From the human T2T-CHM13v2.0 reference genome, Homo sapiens: a stretch of DNA of 64,000 nucleotides. Positions 1 to 12,715 of this stretch are shown here, in pieces. A program made the position numbers and the translations under genes. A model generated the notes under the pieces. It was given only the letters and a program-made list of their open reading frames with translations, made no database searches and was not told where the DNA came from. Each line of letters starts with the position of its first letter. Position 1 is the first letter of the stretch. Location of the stretch: assembly GCF_009914755.1 (NCBI RefSeq), contig NC_060934.1. One strand, 5' to 3'.

Positions 1-295
1 TTGTGATTTTATCTTACTGTGTCAATCAGAACAGAGCCAAAGATGTGGCTTGCAATTTACTTTAAGAAAAGAAATCACATATTTGTAGAATATTTTGTAA
101 TTTTCACTTCTCCTTTCCATAAACTGCCTTGTTTAATTCCTTGAAGAGTCTCACTATTCTTTCCTTTATGAGGGTTCTACAAATGTCCCTTAAGCAAACA
201 CTAGGTATAAGGAACTGTCCTAGGTTCCGGAAACACCTCACTCTCACAGAGGATACATTCTAGGGATAGAATAGGGGAGTTATAAGTATCTAGAA

Positions 296-442
296 TAGAA
301 AGTCTTAACTTGGGCCCTGAGTAGTATTTGGGGATAGTGAGGTATACACGATCTCAATAAAATTTACATAAAATAGTTCTAAGAAGAGACTTTTACCAGA
401 TTTCAAAGACTTTCATAATCCTAAACTGGTTAAGAATCATGG
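296..442. mobile_element. MER103C-like hAT-Charlie MITE remnant
   Basis: Degenerate termini 'agaaagtcttaacttggg' and 'ggttaagaatcatgg', plus internal 'tttaccagatttcaaagac', resemble MER103C; highly diverged. Confidence 0.5.
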
Positions 443-1602
443 TTTTCAAAGCTGAGCCTCAAAGAAGTTAGCTGACTTGCTCAAGTTCCCAAGAATCAAG
501 TTACAATTTGGATCTTAATGTACTGTGCAGTGCCATTCAACCCCTCATTGCTAATTGTCTTGCCATCTTTATCTCCAAAGAATGGTCAATTTTCCTGAGT
601 TCTAATACATTCCTCAGTTTACTTATTATGAATGTCACTTCCAATCCGGTTGCAGCAATTAATAATTTTGTAATATAGCTGGATCGACTTTAATTTCTTT
701 TGGCTTTAAGTGCAGAGACATCCAATCCTGCTAGTTCCAAAGGTGTTTTCTGAAGGCAGTGTTCCCAAATCACTGTTGGAAAGGAATATGGCAAGGCTCC
801 TGAAGAAATTCCGGTGGAATTTCTTTAATCATCTGGTGGAAGTGGAGATGTGTGTGGTTCCTAAGAATATTGTGAGTCCTATATTTAGGACACAGACCAA
901 TGCCTTTGAAATGGCCTTCTTGGCTTCCTGCAGTGTGGAGCTGTGATCTCCATGGTGAGATATCCCTTATATTTACACACTGCCACCTGACCTTTGGGTC
1001 AGGGCATTTCCAATCGATTTAGGAGTGCAGCAAGTGCAACGACGGTGTTGATGAGCTCTTACAGCATGGTAAGCAAGGCTGCCTGGGACTGAGGGGCGTG
1101 GGAACTCTATTGATTTTTAGGTACTTTTTATCACATACTCCTACACTGCTGGACTTTGAATTAAGTTAGTTTTCAGACAACATACCAGAGGGCAAGAAAA
1201 CAAAAAGTGGGATTTTTACACATACCCTGGAAACAAGTTAATTTTTCCTGGGGAAATCAAGTAGAGAGCTGGTTACCATCTTAGCAATTAACAGAAGTTA
1301 GACAAAATGTTTAACAGGAATTGGCTTTGTGGATTATGGCATTGGGTTACCAGAACAGCAATCAAAATGCACCTCAGTAGTCTCAGTTTGTTAGAACTGT
1401 GTCTCACTTCAAATATAACTTTGCTCTGGAAGAATAGAGAGTCTCAAATTCACTTGTGGGATCCTCAAGAATTTTGCTTCTCTGATTGCCAAGCATTGAA
1501 GCAATAATTTGTTATTGAATTGAAGCAAGACAACAGGAAGATAATTTTATATCAGCCTGATGGCGTTGTTTACTGAAACTCTAATAAGCTTTTGGGCATG
1601 TA

Positions 1603-1605
<3 letters not shown>

Positions 1606-1650
<45 letters not shown>
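1606..1650. repeat. (TG)22 microsatellite
   Basis: Perfect TG dinucleotide run. Confidence 0.98.
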
Positions 1651-1651
<1 letters not shown>

Positions 1652-1876
1652 TTGATTTAGGGTTAAGTCTTCCTGATTTGAAGGAATAATTTTAAATAAT
1701 ATTGTCAGCATGGCCCTGTGATTCAACATCTGTTGCTGTGTTTTTTCCTAAATTCCAGTCTTTTGTATACACTTAGAAATTTGGATGATTTACATTGGAT
1801 GCTTTTTTTTTTCTGCTCACTTTTAATCTTTACAGTATTTTCTGAAAGGCAGCATCAAATTCTGAATGGGCATCAC

Positions 1877-2130
1877 TGATTCATTTACACATCTGTTAAA
1901 ATTTTATTGAGCACATACTATGTGTGGTGTAATGCACTACTTTCCAATGATAAGGAATTTAGATAAGCAAAATGTGCTTCAGGTCGTCAGGCCACGGTGA
2001 TTATAATTTGGAGAGACTGTAGGTAGGCAACTCATTACAAATGAAGCAGAATGAAACTATCACTAAATTGAGTAGGCAGGAATAGCTTACTCTGGCAGAA
2101 GGCACCTGAGAATCCTAATTGAGGGAAGAC
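1877..2130 (-). mobile_element. L2 LINE 3' fragment
   Basis: 'attcattt...ttttattgagcacatactatgtg' is the reverse L2 3' end signature. Confidence 0.6.
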
Positions 2131-2496
2131 TTTTAGGTTTTAAGTAAGCAAATCCACCACTGGGAGAATGACAAACCCTGTCAGTCACATGCCTTTATTA
2201 TCATGGCTCTGCTTTCAGTACCTCCCGCTTGTGATATCTGTACTCTTCTCTCTGCTCATCCAAAAAGTCTGCATTATTTCATGTTAAGAGAATAGTTTGA
2301 TATTTACTATTGGCCAAAGCAAGAAAGGCTTTGCCTACTCCATGCTATAGCTTAGTATTTGTGGTGTTTCTTCATTATTGGTGTACTTCTCTACAGGATT
2401 TCTTTATGATGGTTTCTGTCTTTAGATACTGACCTAAATTATTACTTGCCCTGGCCTTTTGGGGAAGAAAGTCATAAAATCAACTATGCCTTAGAT

Positions 2497-2686
2497 CTGC
2501 ATTGTCAAATCGGAAGCTATCAACCACTGTGGTCAATGAGCACTTGAAATTTACTAGTCCCATTTGCAACATGCTGTAAGTGGAAAAAACACACTGAGTT
2601 TCAAAGACCTGGTATGGAAAAAAATGTAAAATTTTATTTTTATTTTTATAGTGAATACAGGTTGAAATGCTGAGAACTTTATACAT
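2497..2686 (-). mobile_element. MER33 (hAT-Charlie) left part, split by an L1 insertion
   Basis: TIR-like 'ctgcattgtcaaat', internal 'gagcacttgaaat...tgctgtaagtg...ttcaaagac'; 8-bp TSD ccttagat at 2489-2496. Confidence 0.85.
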
Positions 2687-3084
2687 ATATCTATTTAACT
2701 ATACATATATTTAACTAATCAATTTTGATTTATTATATATAAAAATTATATATATATTTATGGGGTACATGTGATATTTTGAAAGATACAATGTGTAATG
2801 ATCAAATTAGGGTAATTAGGATATTCATCACCTCAGATATTTATTCTTTCTTTGGGTTGGGAACATTCCTTATGTTCTCTTCCAGCTATTTCAAAATATA
2901 GGTTAAATTTATTCATAAGTTTTTTTTTTGTTATCCCTTATAAATGTGATTGCTCTCTTGATTTCTTTTAGAGATTCTCTGCTGTTGGTGTATTGACCTG
3001 ATACTGATTTTTGCATGTTGATTTTGCATCCTGCCATTTTACTGAATTCATTTATCAGTTCTGCTAGTTTTTTTGGTGGAGTCT

Positions 3085-3537
3085 TTAAGTTTGTCTAAAT
3101 ATAATATCATGTGTGAACAAGGATAATTTCATTTCTTTTTTCACAATTTGGGTGTCCTTTATTTCTTTCCCTTGCCTAATTGTGCTGGCTGGAACTTCTG
3201 GTGCTATGTTGAATAAAAGTGGTGATGGCAGGTATCCTTGTCTTGTTCCAGATCTTATAGGAAAGGCTTGCAATTTTTCCCTATTCAGTAAGATGTTAAC
3301 TATGGGATTTTTATAAGTGGTCTTTATTATTTTGAGATATGTTTCTTCTGTACACAATTTGTTGAGAGTTTTCATCATAAATGGATGTTGAATGTAATGG
3401 AATGCTTTTTCAGCAGCTATGATCATATGGCTTTTGTTCTTGATTCTGTTAATGTCATGTATCATGTTTATTAATTTACTTAGGTTGAACCATCCTTGTA
3501 TCCCTAGGATAAATCCCATTTGATTATGGCAAGTCAA
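3085..3537 (-). pseudogene. Degenerate L1 ORF2 reverse-transcriptase fragment
   Basis: Translation has [26 protein letters not shown] and a decayed LFADD motif (LFTHD). Confidence 0.9.
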
Positions 3538-3658
3538 TTTTTTAACGTGTTATTGAACTTGCATGATGGAATTTTGTTGAGGATTTTTGCATCCATGTCC
3601 ATCAGGAGTATTGGCTTGTAGTTTCCTTCTTTTGTTGTGTCTGTGTCTGGTTTTGGTA

Positions 3659-3922
3659 TCAGGGTAATGATGGGCCCATAGAATGAGTTTGAAAGTTCCC
3701 CTTCTCTTCAACTTTTTGGAATAGTTTAAGTAGAATTGTTATTGCTTCTTCTTTAAATGTTTTGTGGAATTCAGCAGTGAATCTATCAGGTCTTGGACTT
3801 TTCTTTGATGTGAGACTTTTAATTGTAGCTTCACTCTCATTACTTATTATTGGCTTGTTGAGGTTTTCTATTTCTTCATTGTTCAATCTTGGTAGGTTGT
3901 ATGTGTGCAGGAATTTATCCAC
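3659..3922 (-). pseudogene. Degenerate L1 ORF2 Z-domain fragment
   Basis: MDKFLHTYNLPRLN...KKSPRPDRFTAEF matches L1 ORF2p. Confidence 0.9.
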
Positions 3923-4200
3923 ATTTTTTTAGGTTTTTCAATTTGTTGGCTTATGGTTGTTCAGAATATCCTCTAGTGAGTCTCTGAATTTCTGTGGTAT
4001 CAGTTTTAGTATCTCCCCTTTTCCTCTGGTTTCATTGAATTGAGTCTTGTTTTCTTAATTCGTGTAGCTAAGGGTTTGTTGATTTTGTTCATCTTTGCAA
4101 AATAACAAGTTGTATTTGTTGATCTTTTGTTATTTTTGTATCCTTAATTTCATTTTTTCTGCTCTGATCTTTATTATTTCTTTTCTTCTACTAATTTTGG

Positions 4201-4347
4201 AAAACCTTTATACATTGGGTTAAAGAAAATATCTTATTAATAATTAATATTAATTTCACCTGTTTCTTTTTCCTTTATTTCACATGGCTACCAGAAAATT
4301 TAAAAGTTTACATGTGGTTTTCATTATATTTCTGTTAAACAGTGCTG
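4201..4347 (-). mobile_element. MER33 right part
   Basis: 'ttgggttaaa...taatttcacctgtttcttttt...tggctaccagaaaatttaaaa...aacagtgctg' continues MER33; TSD cctaagat at 4348-4355 matches the left TSD 7/8. Confidence 0.85.
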
Positions 4348-4426
4348 CCTAAGATAGTGCTTATGGAACTGTTGTCACAAAACTTATGTATAAGTGGGTT
4401 AACCGAGATAATAAAGCTGAATTCAA

Positions 4427-4608
4427 GGTGTGTAGAATGAGCACTAGACTGAGATCCAGGGACTGATTCAGTCCCAGCTAGGACTTGGACTCCTCAGGTA
4501 GCCATTCACTCTACGTGTCTGGAATGGAGTGCACTCACTGAAAAAATGCGGAAAAGATTGAGAAGTAGATCATTTCTAACCCCCTTCCTACATTAAATTC
4601 AGTGATTC
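4427..4608 (+). mobile_element. MIR/MIR3 SINE
   Basis: 'gtagaatgagcactagactgagatccagg' head and 'ttccta cattaaattcagtgattc' tail. Confidence 0.55.
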
Positions 4609-5219
4609 AACTGTGTTCAGGAGTATACGATTGAATCATACTTGTAGCCCTCCCAGTATCTTCTCAAAGCCTTTTAGACAAAACCGTCTTCCTCATTCCA
4701 CATCATAATTTATTTGAGAGGTTAAATTTGTAATTACTGTAATTTGGAGCTTCCTTGATCAGCCTGAGGCTGGAGCACAGCATCCTTCAATCTGTTCAGT
4801 GCTAAGTGAATCAGTTGAACATGTTGTGATTTATAAGGATCTGATAAATATGTTTTGCAAGAAAGTTTCCAGCACTCTTTGAAAAAATTTAGAGTGTTCT
4901 GAAAGTAAACTGTAGTTTTTATGTCATTTCAAATAATTAAGAAGAAATTGTTTCTTATTTTTTAAATTAATATTGAAAAATCTATTTCTAACTTAAATTC
5001 ACAGGTAAAAAATGTGGAATACTTCATATATTTCTTATAATATTAAATATCTTATTAATATTTTATATCTTACACTTTGATATAAAGAAATATAAGAAAT
5101 ATATATAAGAAATACTCTAGCCATATCTGACTTTTTTCCATGTACGTATATTTGAATATAATATAGATTGTAGTGTATATGTTTTAGTTTTTTAAAAAAG
5201 TTTTAACATGTGTTCTACT

Positions 5220-5640
5220 TTGGAACATGAGTAATTTATAATATTTTTTCTTATAAATAATAGTATGTTTACATGTGCATATGCCTGAGATAATTAGTTT
5301 AGGATCATTTCTTAATAGAGAAATGCTGGTCAAAGGACATAAATATTTTAAGATTTTTTCATATTTATAATAAACTTTCCTTCCAGGAAGTTTGTATTTT
5401 CCATTTGTGTTTCCCTTAGCAGGGACTGCCTGTTCCCTGCAACCTTACCAATACTAAAATTAAGATTTTAAGTTTTGTTTTGGTTGACGAGTGAGAAAAC
5501 ATACTTTATTTTTGTTGGAATTTATATTTCTTAGGTTACTAAGAGAATCCAAAATTATTTAATGAGCATATTGGCAACTTCTAATTCTTCTTTGTAAATA
5601 GCTTGTTTTGGGTTTATATCGTCTATTTACTTACTTATTT
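5220..5640 (-). mobile_element. Ancient L1ME fragment
   Basis: 'gaaatgctggtcaaagg...ttccttccaggaagtttgta...accttaccaatac' resembles the reverse old L1 ORF2 3' region. Confidence 0.6.
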
Positions 5641-6901
5641 TGGATAGTTTTTTGTTTTGTTTTGTTTTGATAGCTGAGCTGGTGAGATTATATAGCACCC
5701 TTGAAAACTTTCCTCTTTGCTCTGACTTCCAATCCTGTTCAGTCATAGACAGCCCTGCCCCTGCTCCATCCACATGTCACCTGAGCAAACAAGCATATAC
5801 AACAGGGGGAAATCACTGTAGTCCTCATCTTGGCATGTGGGTTCCAGAAAATAATCAAGCCCTTATAAGAGGAAGAAGATAATTTAACTCCCATTTGGTC
5901 CTTATATTGGAGTCTTTTAGAGCAATTTTTTCTAGTTTTTCCTTTCCAAAGCAAATGAAAAGACCCCATAACAATACTAGCTTTAAGATCTCTGCTGTAA
6001 ACAAGGATTCTGAGTCAATTGGGATACCACAGGTTAGTTACGTGTACACTGGTGTATCCCCTTGCAAAATCACCTGCCTTGAGCTGTCATTACAGAACCA
6101 TTATAAGAAAGGGCCATATAAAATATAAAATATTTTAATAAATTGGTTGTGAAAATATTGTTATGGACACTGTTTTGTATAACACTGACATTCCAATACA
6201 CAAAGGATGCATTATAAAAGATGGAGTGCTAGAAAAAGCTAAAGTGCTCTTCAGGTTTATCTTGCTTCTGATACGTGTTACTGATGATGTTTCGGGAATT
6301 GCTTGTCTGCTTGGAAACTCAGAGCCAAATTTGATTCTTAATCACAGCAATAATATTGGCTGTTAGTATTGACTATTTTGGTAATGTATTTTTATGCTCC
6401 AATTTATATATTACCTATAATTTCTGATTTCATTATTTGGTAAATTTTTTTGTGTGGATTTTTGTGTGGGTGTGTTTGAATTTTGTCTGTCTGTTTGTCT
6501 GTTTGTTTGTTTGTTTGTCTGAAGGTTTTTGGAAACCTTCTTATTTCTGAAAAAGAGCAAGGCCTGTGATTAAGAAGAGTTTTTGCAAGTTCAGTGAATA
6601 CTGTCATCATTTTCATAATAACTTTAAGGTTTATTACAGAAAACTAGAATAGATTTTTGCCTCTTCCTAGGCAAAAAAAGCTGTTGTTCCCAAGCAGAAA
6701 GGTGAAAGTCATCTTGTATTATTTCTTGGCTTTTCATTTTTATATATGTTTGCTTGCCTTAATGATAATAATGCTCTAATCTAATTATCAATCACCTGTT
6801 TAATGCTATTATTTCTGTTAATTCATGGGGGCAGCTAATGATTTTAAATAAGGTAGTTTTCACAAGAATAAGTGAACAACATGAAACTTTTTGTCAAATC
6901 A

Positions 6902-6937
6902 ATTTTCTGGGCATCCTTTATTTTCTGGGCATCCTTT
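6902..6937. repeat. Perfect 18-bp tandem duplication (attttctgggcatccttt)x2
   Basis: Read directly from the sequence. Confidence 0.95.
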
Positions 6938-7759
6938 GGGTTTATTCAGTAGAATAGTCTTTGGAAAATTTGTAAATCATGCAATAATTGAAATAACCAA
7001 AATACTGTCTCCTTATACACATTTTACATAGGAATATGCTTTAGAAAACTAAGCAAAGTATAAGTAAAGGTAATATTACAGAAAGGTAAATGTCAGTGTT
7101 CTTCTATTCAAATTATGGGCTTTAATTTCCCCAGCCTTTTGGTGGTAAGTGAAGCCATCCTTGTCTTGAAAACTGTAGGGGGAACTGTTTACATGGCCTA
7201 CTTTAGACCCTTATGTTATTCTGAGTTTTTTTCTTCTCCAGGGAAATAATTTTTAACTATGTTTGAAAGAATGAATTTAAGGCTTATTAACTGAACTCGT
7301 CTTCAAAAATTTAGAAACGATGTTTCTGTCAAATCAGATAATTTTCTTCCTGTGCATTAAAGCATAATATGAGGAAACTATTAGCTACAAAGCACATTTA
7401 AATGCTGCTTGGATATTGGTGTGCCCTTGCTCATTTTCTTGAGTGTTTCTCAATTCAAAACTCAAAATTAACTGCATACTTGGCATCAGGTCTTGCCATC
7501 AGGTTGAACCTGAGCTGATGTCAATGACACACTGCTTTGGAGCCCATGGGTAGGTGAGGGGATTGCAGTCTCTCTTCAGTGTGGGATTCTGAAAAGAGGC
7601 AAACTGATAGAGGCTCCAACCAAATAACTGTACCCACACATTGAGGGACTGAAGGTAAACTCCCAGAGAAGAGACAAAGACAGGAGGTGGAGAGCAGAAT
7701 AGTCAGGAAACAAGTTAGTCACAGACTTTACTCAGATCCGGGTTGTGCAAGCAATGCAG

Positions 7760-8175
7760 ACTTGACTCTTTTGTCCCATCCACTACTCACTGCCCACTGC
7801 ACTCTTTTTGGCTGGGTTGTATTATTAACTGCTGGGAATATTTTTCTCAACTTCCATTAGAGTGGGGATTCTCATATGAGTAGTAGTAAGTAGAATAGTA
7901 GGAAGTAAGTAAGAAGAGTAGTAAGTGAAATTCTGAAGTACTACCTCTTCCTGCTTTTTTCTACTGGCCTTAAACATGGATGCAATGTCTGGAACTGCAA
8001 TGATTATCTTGTAAACATGAAGAAGAGATGACACCATGCCTAGGAAACACTGAATTTCTGCCTGCTTCCAGACTTCTGGTCATAGGAGGAAAAAACAAAA
8101 CAAAACAAAACAAAAACCCCCATTAGAAGTCAAAATTTCTGCTACTTGAGTTCAAATGCATTCCTAACTTATATA
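7760..8175 (+). mobile_element. MLT1 (MaLR) solo LTR, old subfamily (MLT1J/K-like)
   Basis: 'atgtctggaactgcaatg...tccagacttctgg...aaatgcattcctaacttatata' is typical of an MLT1 3' end. Confidence 0.6.
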
Positions 8176-8689
8176 CTTTGTTGCCTCGTTTGTTGCCTTC
8201 TGTTCTTCAATAGTCTCACTCTCATTGGGGAAGAAAAATATATAAACTTAAAGTTCTTATTGCAACACTTCTTAATACCTAAAATTGCCATCCTGTTGAG
8301 CCAGGATGATCCTCACATATGAGGTACTTAGTAGTTGCTTGTTGAATGGATGTGAAAAATATTCCTGTTTTTCACTTTGGCCAAATTGAATGATAGAAAC
8401 GCTTTGGGCTTCTCTGACCTGGCAGTTCCACAGTGCAAAGCAACATTCTGCCCTCAGATCAGCACACATCTTTACTTATACAAACCCTCACTCTGGGGTG
8501 CTTATTGTTATAGAAATCTGCTTCTGTTTTTGGCTTCCCTGATGGAAGGAAAAGGATGCCTCAGTTCCTGGATGTATTGTATGAACCTTGGCTATACTTA
8601 CATAAAGCACAAAATAACTAAGAAATATGCTCACCCCGTAAGGATTTATGTGGAGCTCACTCACAAATACTTTCATAACTGCTGAGAAT

Positions 8690-9250
8690 CAGCACGGTTT
8701 GGTGCGATGTTGAAAAGTCATCAGAATCAAAAAACTATGTGTCCAGGTGCGGTGGCTCACACCTGTAATCCTAGCACTTTGGGAGGCTGAGGCAGATGGA
8801 TCACCTGAGGTCAGGAGTTTGAGACCAGACTGGCCAACATGGTAAAACCCCGTTTTTACTAAAAATAGAAAAATTAGCCAGGCATGGTCGTGGGCGCTTG
8901 TAATCCCAGCTGCTCGGGAGGCTGAGGCAGGAGAATTGCTTTAACCTGGGAGGTGGAGGTTGCAGTGATCAGAGATCGCATCACTGCATTCCAGCCTGGG
9001 CAACAGAGAGAGACTGCATCTCAAAATAAAAAAAAGAATCAAATAAACTCTGATACCCATCGTTACCACCATTGGCTGTGTGCTGTGGAGAAATTTAGTT
9101 AACTTTTCTCTGAAGAAGTATTCCTTCCTTTGTAAAAATAGACATAAATATGCCAGTTTCCCAAAGTGAATGGGATTAAATTAAATCATGTATACATATA
9201 TAAAGTGTTTGGCATGTAGTAAGGGATTAATAAGTGATACCTGTTATATT
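8690..9250 (+). mobile_element. MIR SINE interrupted by an Alu
   Basis: MIR head before the Alu; core 'ggctgtgtg...gttaacttttctctg...tgtaaaaatag' and tail 'ggcatgtagtaag...taataagtgata' after it. Confidence 0.65.
8741..9034 (+). mobile_element. AluS (Sx-like), full length
   Basis: Dimeric Alu with A-tail; degenerate TSD agaatcaaaaaactatg (8723-8739) / agaatcaaataaactctg (9035-9052). Confidence 0.97.
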
Positions 9251-10539
9251 AATGGTTGTGGTTATCTTGCAATATGATAGTTGAAAGATGTGCTGATTCA
9301 AAGCTGTCAACCCAACATCTTCCTGGGATCTCACCTGCCTTGCTGTGTTATCTGCTGGCGTCTCCAAGGGTGACCAGCTTGAACGATTTCATTATGTGTC
9401 ACTACTACAACATTTTACACAAATACAATTAAACAAGTTCGTCTTCCAGCACACTAGTTGGGAGTTAAAAACAGTTTCTATTGATTTATATTTTTGATGG
9501 ACTTCATTGAGAATGTTCTGATTTGTGGGTTAATGCTTTCTTACATTGAGGGTTCCCAGGAGCCCTGCAGTGAAGATGGTAACCTTTACCTAAACTCACC
9601 AGAATGATTAATTAATGTTTACCTCTAATGAGCTAATTAGGAGTTTGGGACATTTTGGCATTTTGAATGGCTTACTTGATTATCTAAAGGGAACTTTTAC
9701 CATCTCAAGAGGAATTATAATTGGCCTTAGGGAATAATAGAATCACCTAAAGTATAAGAAAGCCTCCCTCATGTTGGCAAACAACCTGTCTAACAAATGT
9801 CCCCTTTGACAAAACAGCCCGCAGTCACAAATACGAGTTGAAATCGTAAGGGGAACTCTGACAGGATTTACAGTTACATTAATTGCTCGCTCTTGGCATG
9901 GGTGATTTTTGTGATTAGAAGAGGATCAGAGCAGCTTTCTACTCAAGTCTTTGGCTTGAGGCTGATCATTCTCCATAAACAATGACACCTTTGGGAGGGC
10001 AGCCAAAAATGTCCCATAGAGAAATATCAGGAGAGATTCTTACTTAATGAGATATGAATAAGGCTGTTGAGCTCCACCAGATCTTTGCTTGTCTCCTTAA
10101 TGAGGAAACATCACAGTGGGTGAAGTGGTGATAATGTTAATAACCATGATCCAATTCAATGAATGGTGGAAGTAAGGAGAGAATTCAGGAAACAGACGTA
10201 ACACAACTCTCTATACAAACCTCTGGGTCAGTTATGTAACTTGATTTTATGTTTATCTTCAAGTGAGGGAGTTAGTGCACCTGGCTTATGCAGTAGTTAC
10301 ACATAAGACATGTAGATGGAAGTCTAATAAGTGAAGGAGACTAAATAGAAAGTCAGATGTACCTCAGGGAGAAAACGTGATTCATACCAAAACTCACTCT
10401 ACGGAGTGAGAGAGCTACTCAGCACTTTAATGGAGGATATGATCAAGACTTGATTTTCCATTTCATTTTCCTTTTTGGAATTATGCACTTCCCAACAGAA
10501 ATGTCTAATTTGGAAAAAAAAAAAAGGGACCTCCACTGT

Positions 10540-10750
10540 CAAGTTGGGGGAATGAGGGCAGGAAGGAGAAAATGAATATAAAAGAAATAAATGAAGGACA
10601 AGTTTGCAAAAAATAGGTTGTGCAAGAACCAAGAAGGTTTAAAACAACGTTCAGAGTAATGAGCTCAATTCACTAGGAATGGGGAGTTCTTGAAGGAATT
10701 GAAGCAAGGAGATTACCTGATTAGAGATAGGTTGCATTTTAGGTAAAGGT
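10540..10750 (-). mobile_element. L2 fragment
   Basis: 'aggaatggggagttcttgaaggaattgaagcaaggaga...gcattttagg' is reverse L2 body sequence. Confidence 0.55.
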
Positions 10751-12715
10751 AGAAATAATTATTGGAATTTAGAAAACCTCCCAAAATACCTGATTATAAA
10801 ATCAAAGTTATTATCTAGATATTCAAGTATTAAATAACTTTTAAATAACCTGAAACACATGGATCTTCACATATGTGAAGAAAGCATTTTCCCAGCCACA
10901 TTCATTATCCGTAAAACATTTTACAATACCTGTCATAGAAGACCCGTCCCATTTATATATAAAGTTTCATCGGTGCTCTTTAATGTCACATTATTTTAGG
11001 TATGGTTGTTTCAACTGAGTGCACACATCTATTAGTGCTAAGTCACATTGGATAATGAAGCACTGTTATTCCCACGAACCTGTGTTAGGTGGACCAGGGA
11101 TTTTAATTAAATATCTGAATGAGTGTTGTAAAGTGGATACTCTCTAGAAAGCATCTGTCAGGGTTAATACTTTACAAGTTAGCTATGCCTCTTTCAACCT
11201 TTAATTATAATATTCTAACTCTTTATCCTTAGTTACTGCTAATAATTTCAAGGTTATACAGATAGAAATTACTTGATTATCCAAGTGCCTGCACTTATCG
11301 AATGAAATAGAAATCAATTTCACTGTATATGGTTTATAAGTAAGCAATGCTAACATATTATTGTATTTTTCTAAAAAAATTCTTTTTTTAACAAAAGGAA
11401 TTGAAAACCACATGATATCCTGTGGTTGAAAGTGCCTAATGCCTGCCACATATGTAACAAAAGTAAATTCTTAATAATAACAGTGATAGTCCTCCTGCAT
11501 CCAATAAACAAACGCACTTCTTGATCATTGACAATTCTTCAGCTCTCTTTAAGCATTGATCTTTAGTCCTTATTAATTTCTCATAGTGTCCTGCTTGGCC
11601 CCCATAAGTCCATTTCATCATTTAAGTATATGGCCTTGCCACTTCCTTCCCCACAAGTAGACTTTGGCCATTTCTATGGATGCAGCATTTAGAAAAGATT
11701 TGCTTTAGCCCTTAATTTTCAGAATCATAAAGCACATCAATAATTTTTTCACCTCCAAGCCACCCCTTCACACCACCTTCATGTGGGCTGACCAAGCAGT
11801 GGGCCATTCAGGAGTCAGGCAGTTGCTGTTCCTTGTTAGGAGAAGTAGAAAGCCATGACCCCAGCATTGATATCAAATCTTTTAAATATTGGTTATGGGG
11901 TATTTTGACTTTTATCTTGTTTGATTCTTTTTTTTTTTTGTATTTCCAATCACTGTTTTGATAAAAATGTGTTAATTATATGCTTCTGTTTAAGAGTCAT
12001 GATGTTACTCTTCTGTTGATGGACCTGCAAACTTCATTTATTATAAGACAATGAGAAGTTATTATTCTCCCTAAGAAAGCTAGCTTAGCATTCATTTTAA
12101 GAATACTGAAGAAAACTTTGATTCTCTAACTAGAAAAGAGAGATTAAAAGTATTTAAAAGTACAAAGGAAGTTTTTTCCCTCTCAGGCCTCTCTTGGTTC
12201 CTGGTTTGTTGTTGTTGTTGTTGTTTTTTCTAATGCTGCTTCAGTTAACAATGCCTTGTGCTGGTATGCTATTTTTTAAATGCAATGGAGGGAACAGATA
12301 GATCTTCATTCTTCCTAAGAGTAGAAAATTCTCATTATGGAGACTCATAATCTTCAATATTTGAAGACTATATTCACACCAGATCAGAATAATTATAAGT
12401 TAAGCAGAATTGAAACATATTGAAATCATATTTGACACTGGAAATTCTTTAATTCTATGAGAACTATATCATTATAGTTCTCATTTTATAAGAAAGTTAT
12501 TTAATATATTTTAAGGATGATAATAGCACATTGTGCGTTAACTTTGATGTCTCTTTCTTTGACAGTTTGGAGACTACATTGGCTTGCAATGGAGAATAAA
12601 ATCTCAACCATATTAATGGGATCATCTTTTATTCTCCAAGGCCTAAGTAGTTTCCAGGGCACATGATGCCCCTTATAGATCCTCATTTGTCCTTACAGTG
12701 TCTTCATTCTGGAAT

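Larger units (their letters stand above)
2687..4200 (-). mobile_element. L1MA-type LINE-1, 5'-truncated and internally deleted
   Basis: Reverse L1MA 3' UTR ('tttatggggtacatgtgatatttt...aatgatcaaattagggtaattagg') joined to ORF2 RT-region sequence; TSD-like 'aactttatacat'/'acctttatacat' on each side. Confidence 0.9.

Noticed and set aside
710-946. 78-aa ORF in unique sequence
   Set aside because: Non-ATG start (GTG), no recognisable domain, length expected by chance.
1547-1729. ORF with THTHTH repeat
   Set aside because: Translation of the (TG)n microsatellite.
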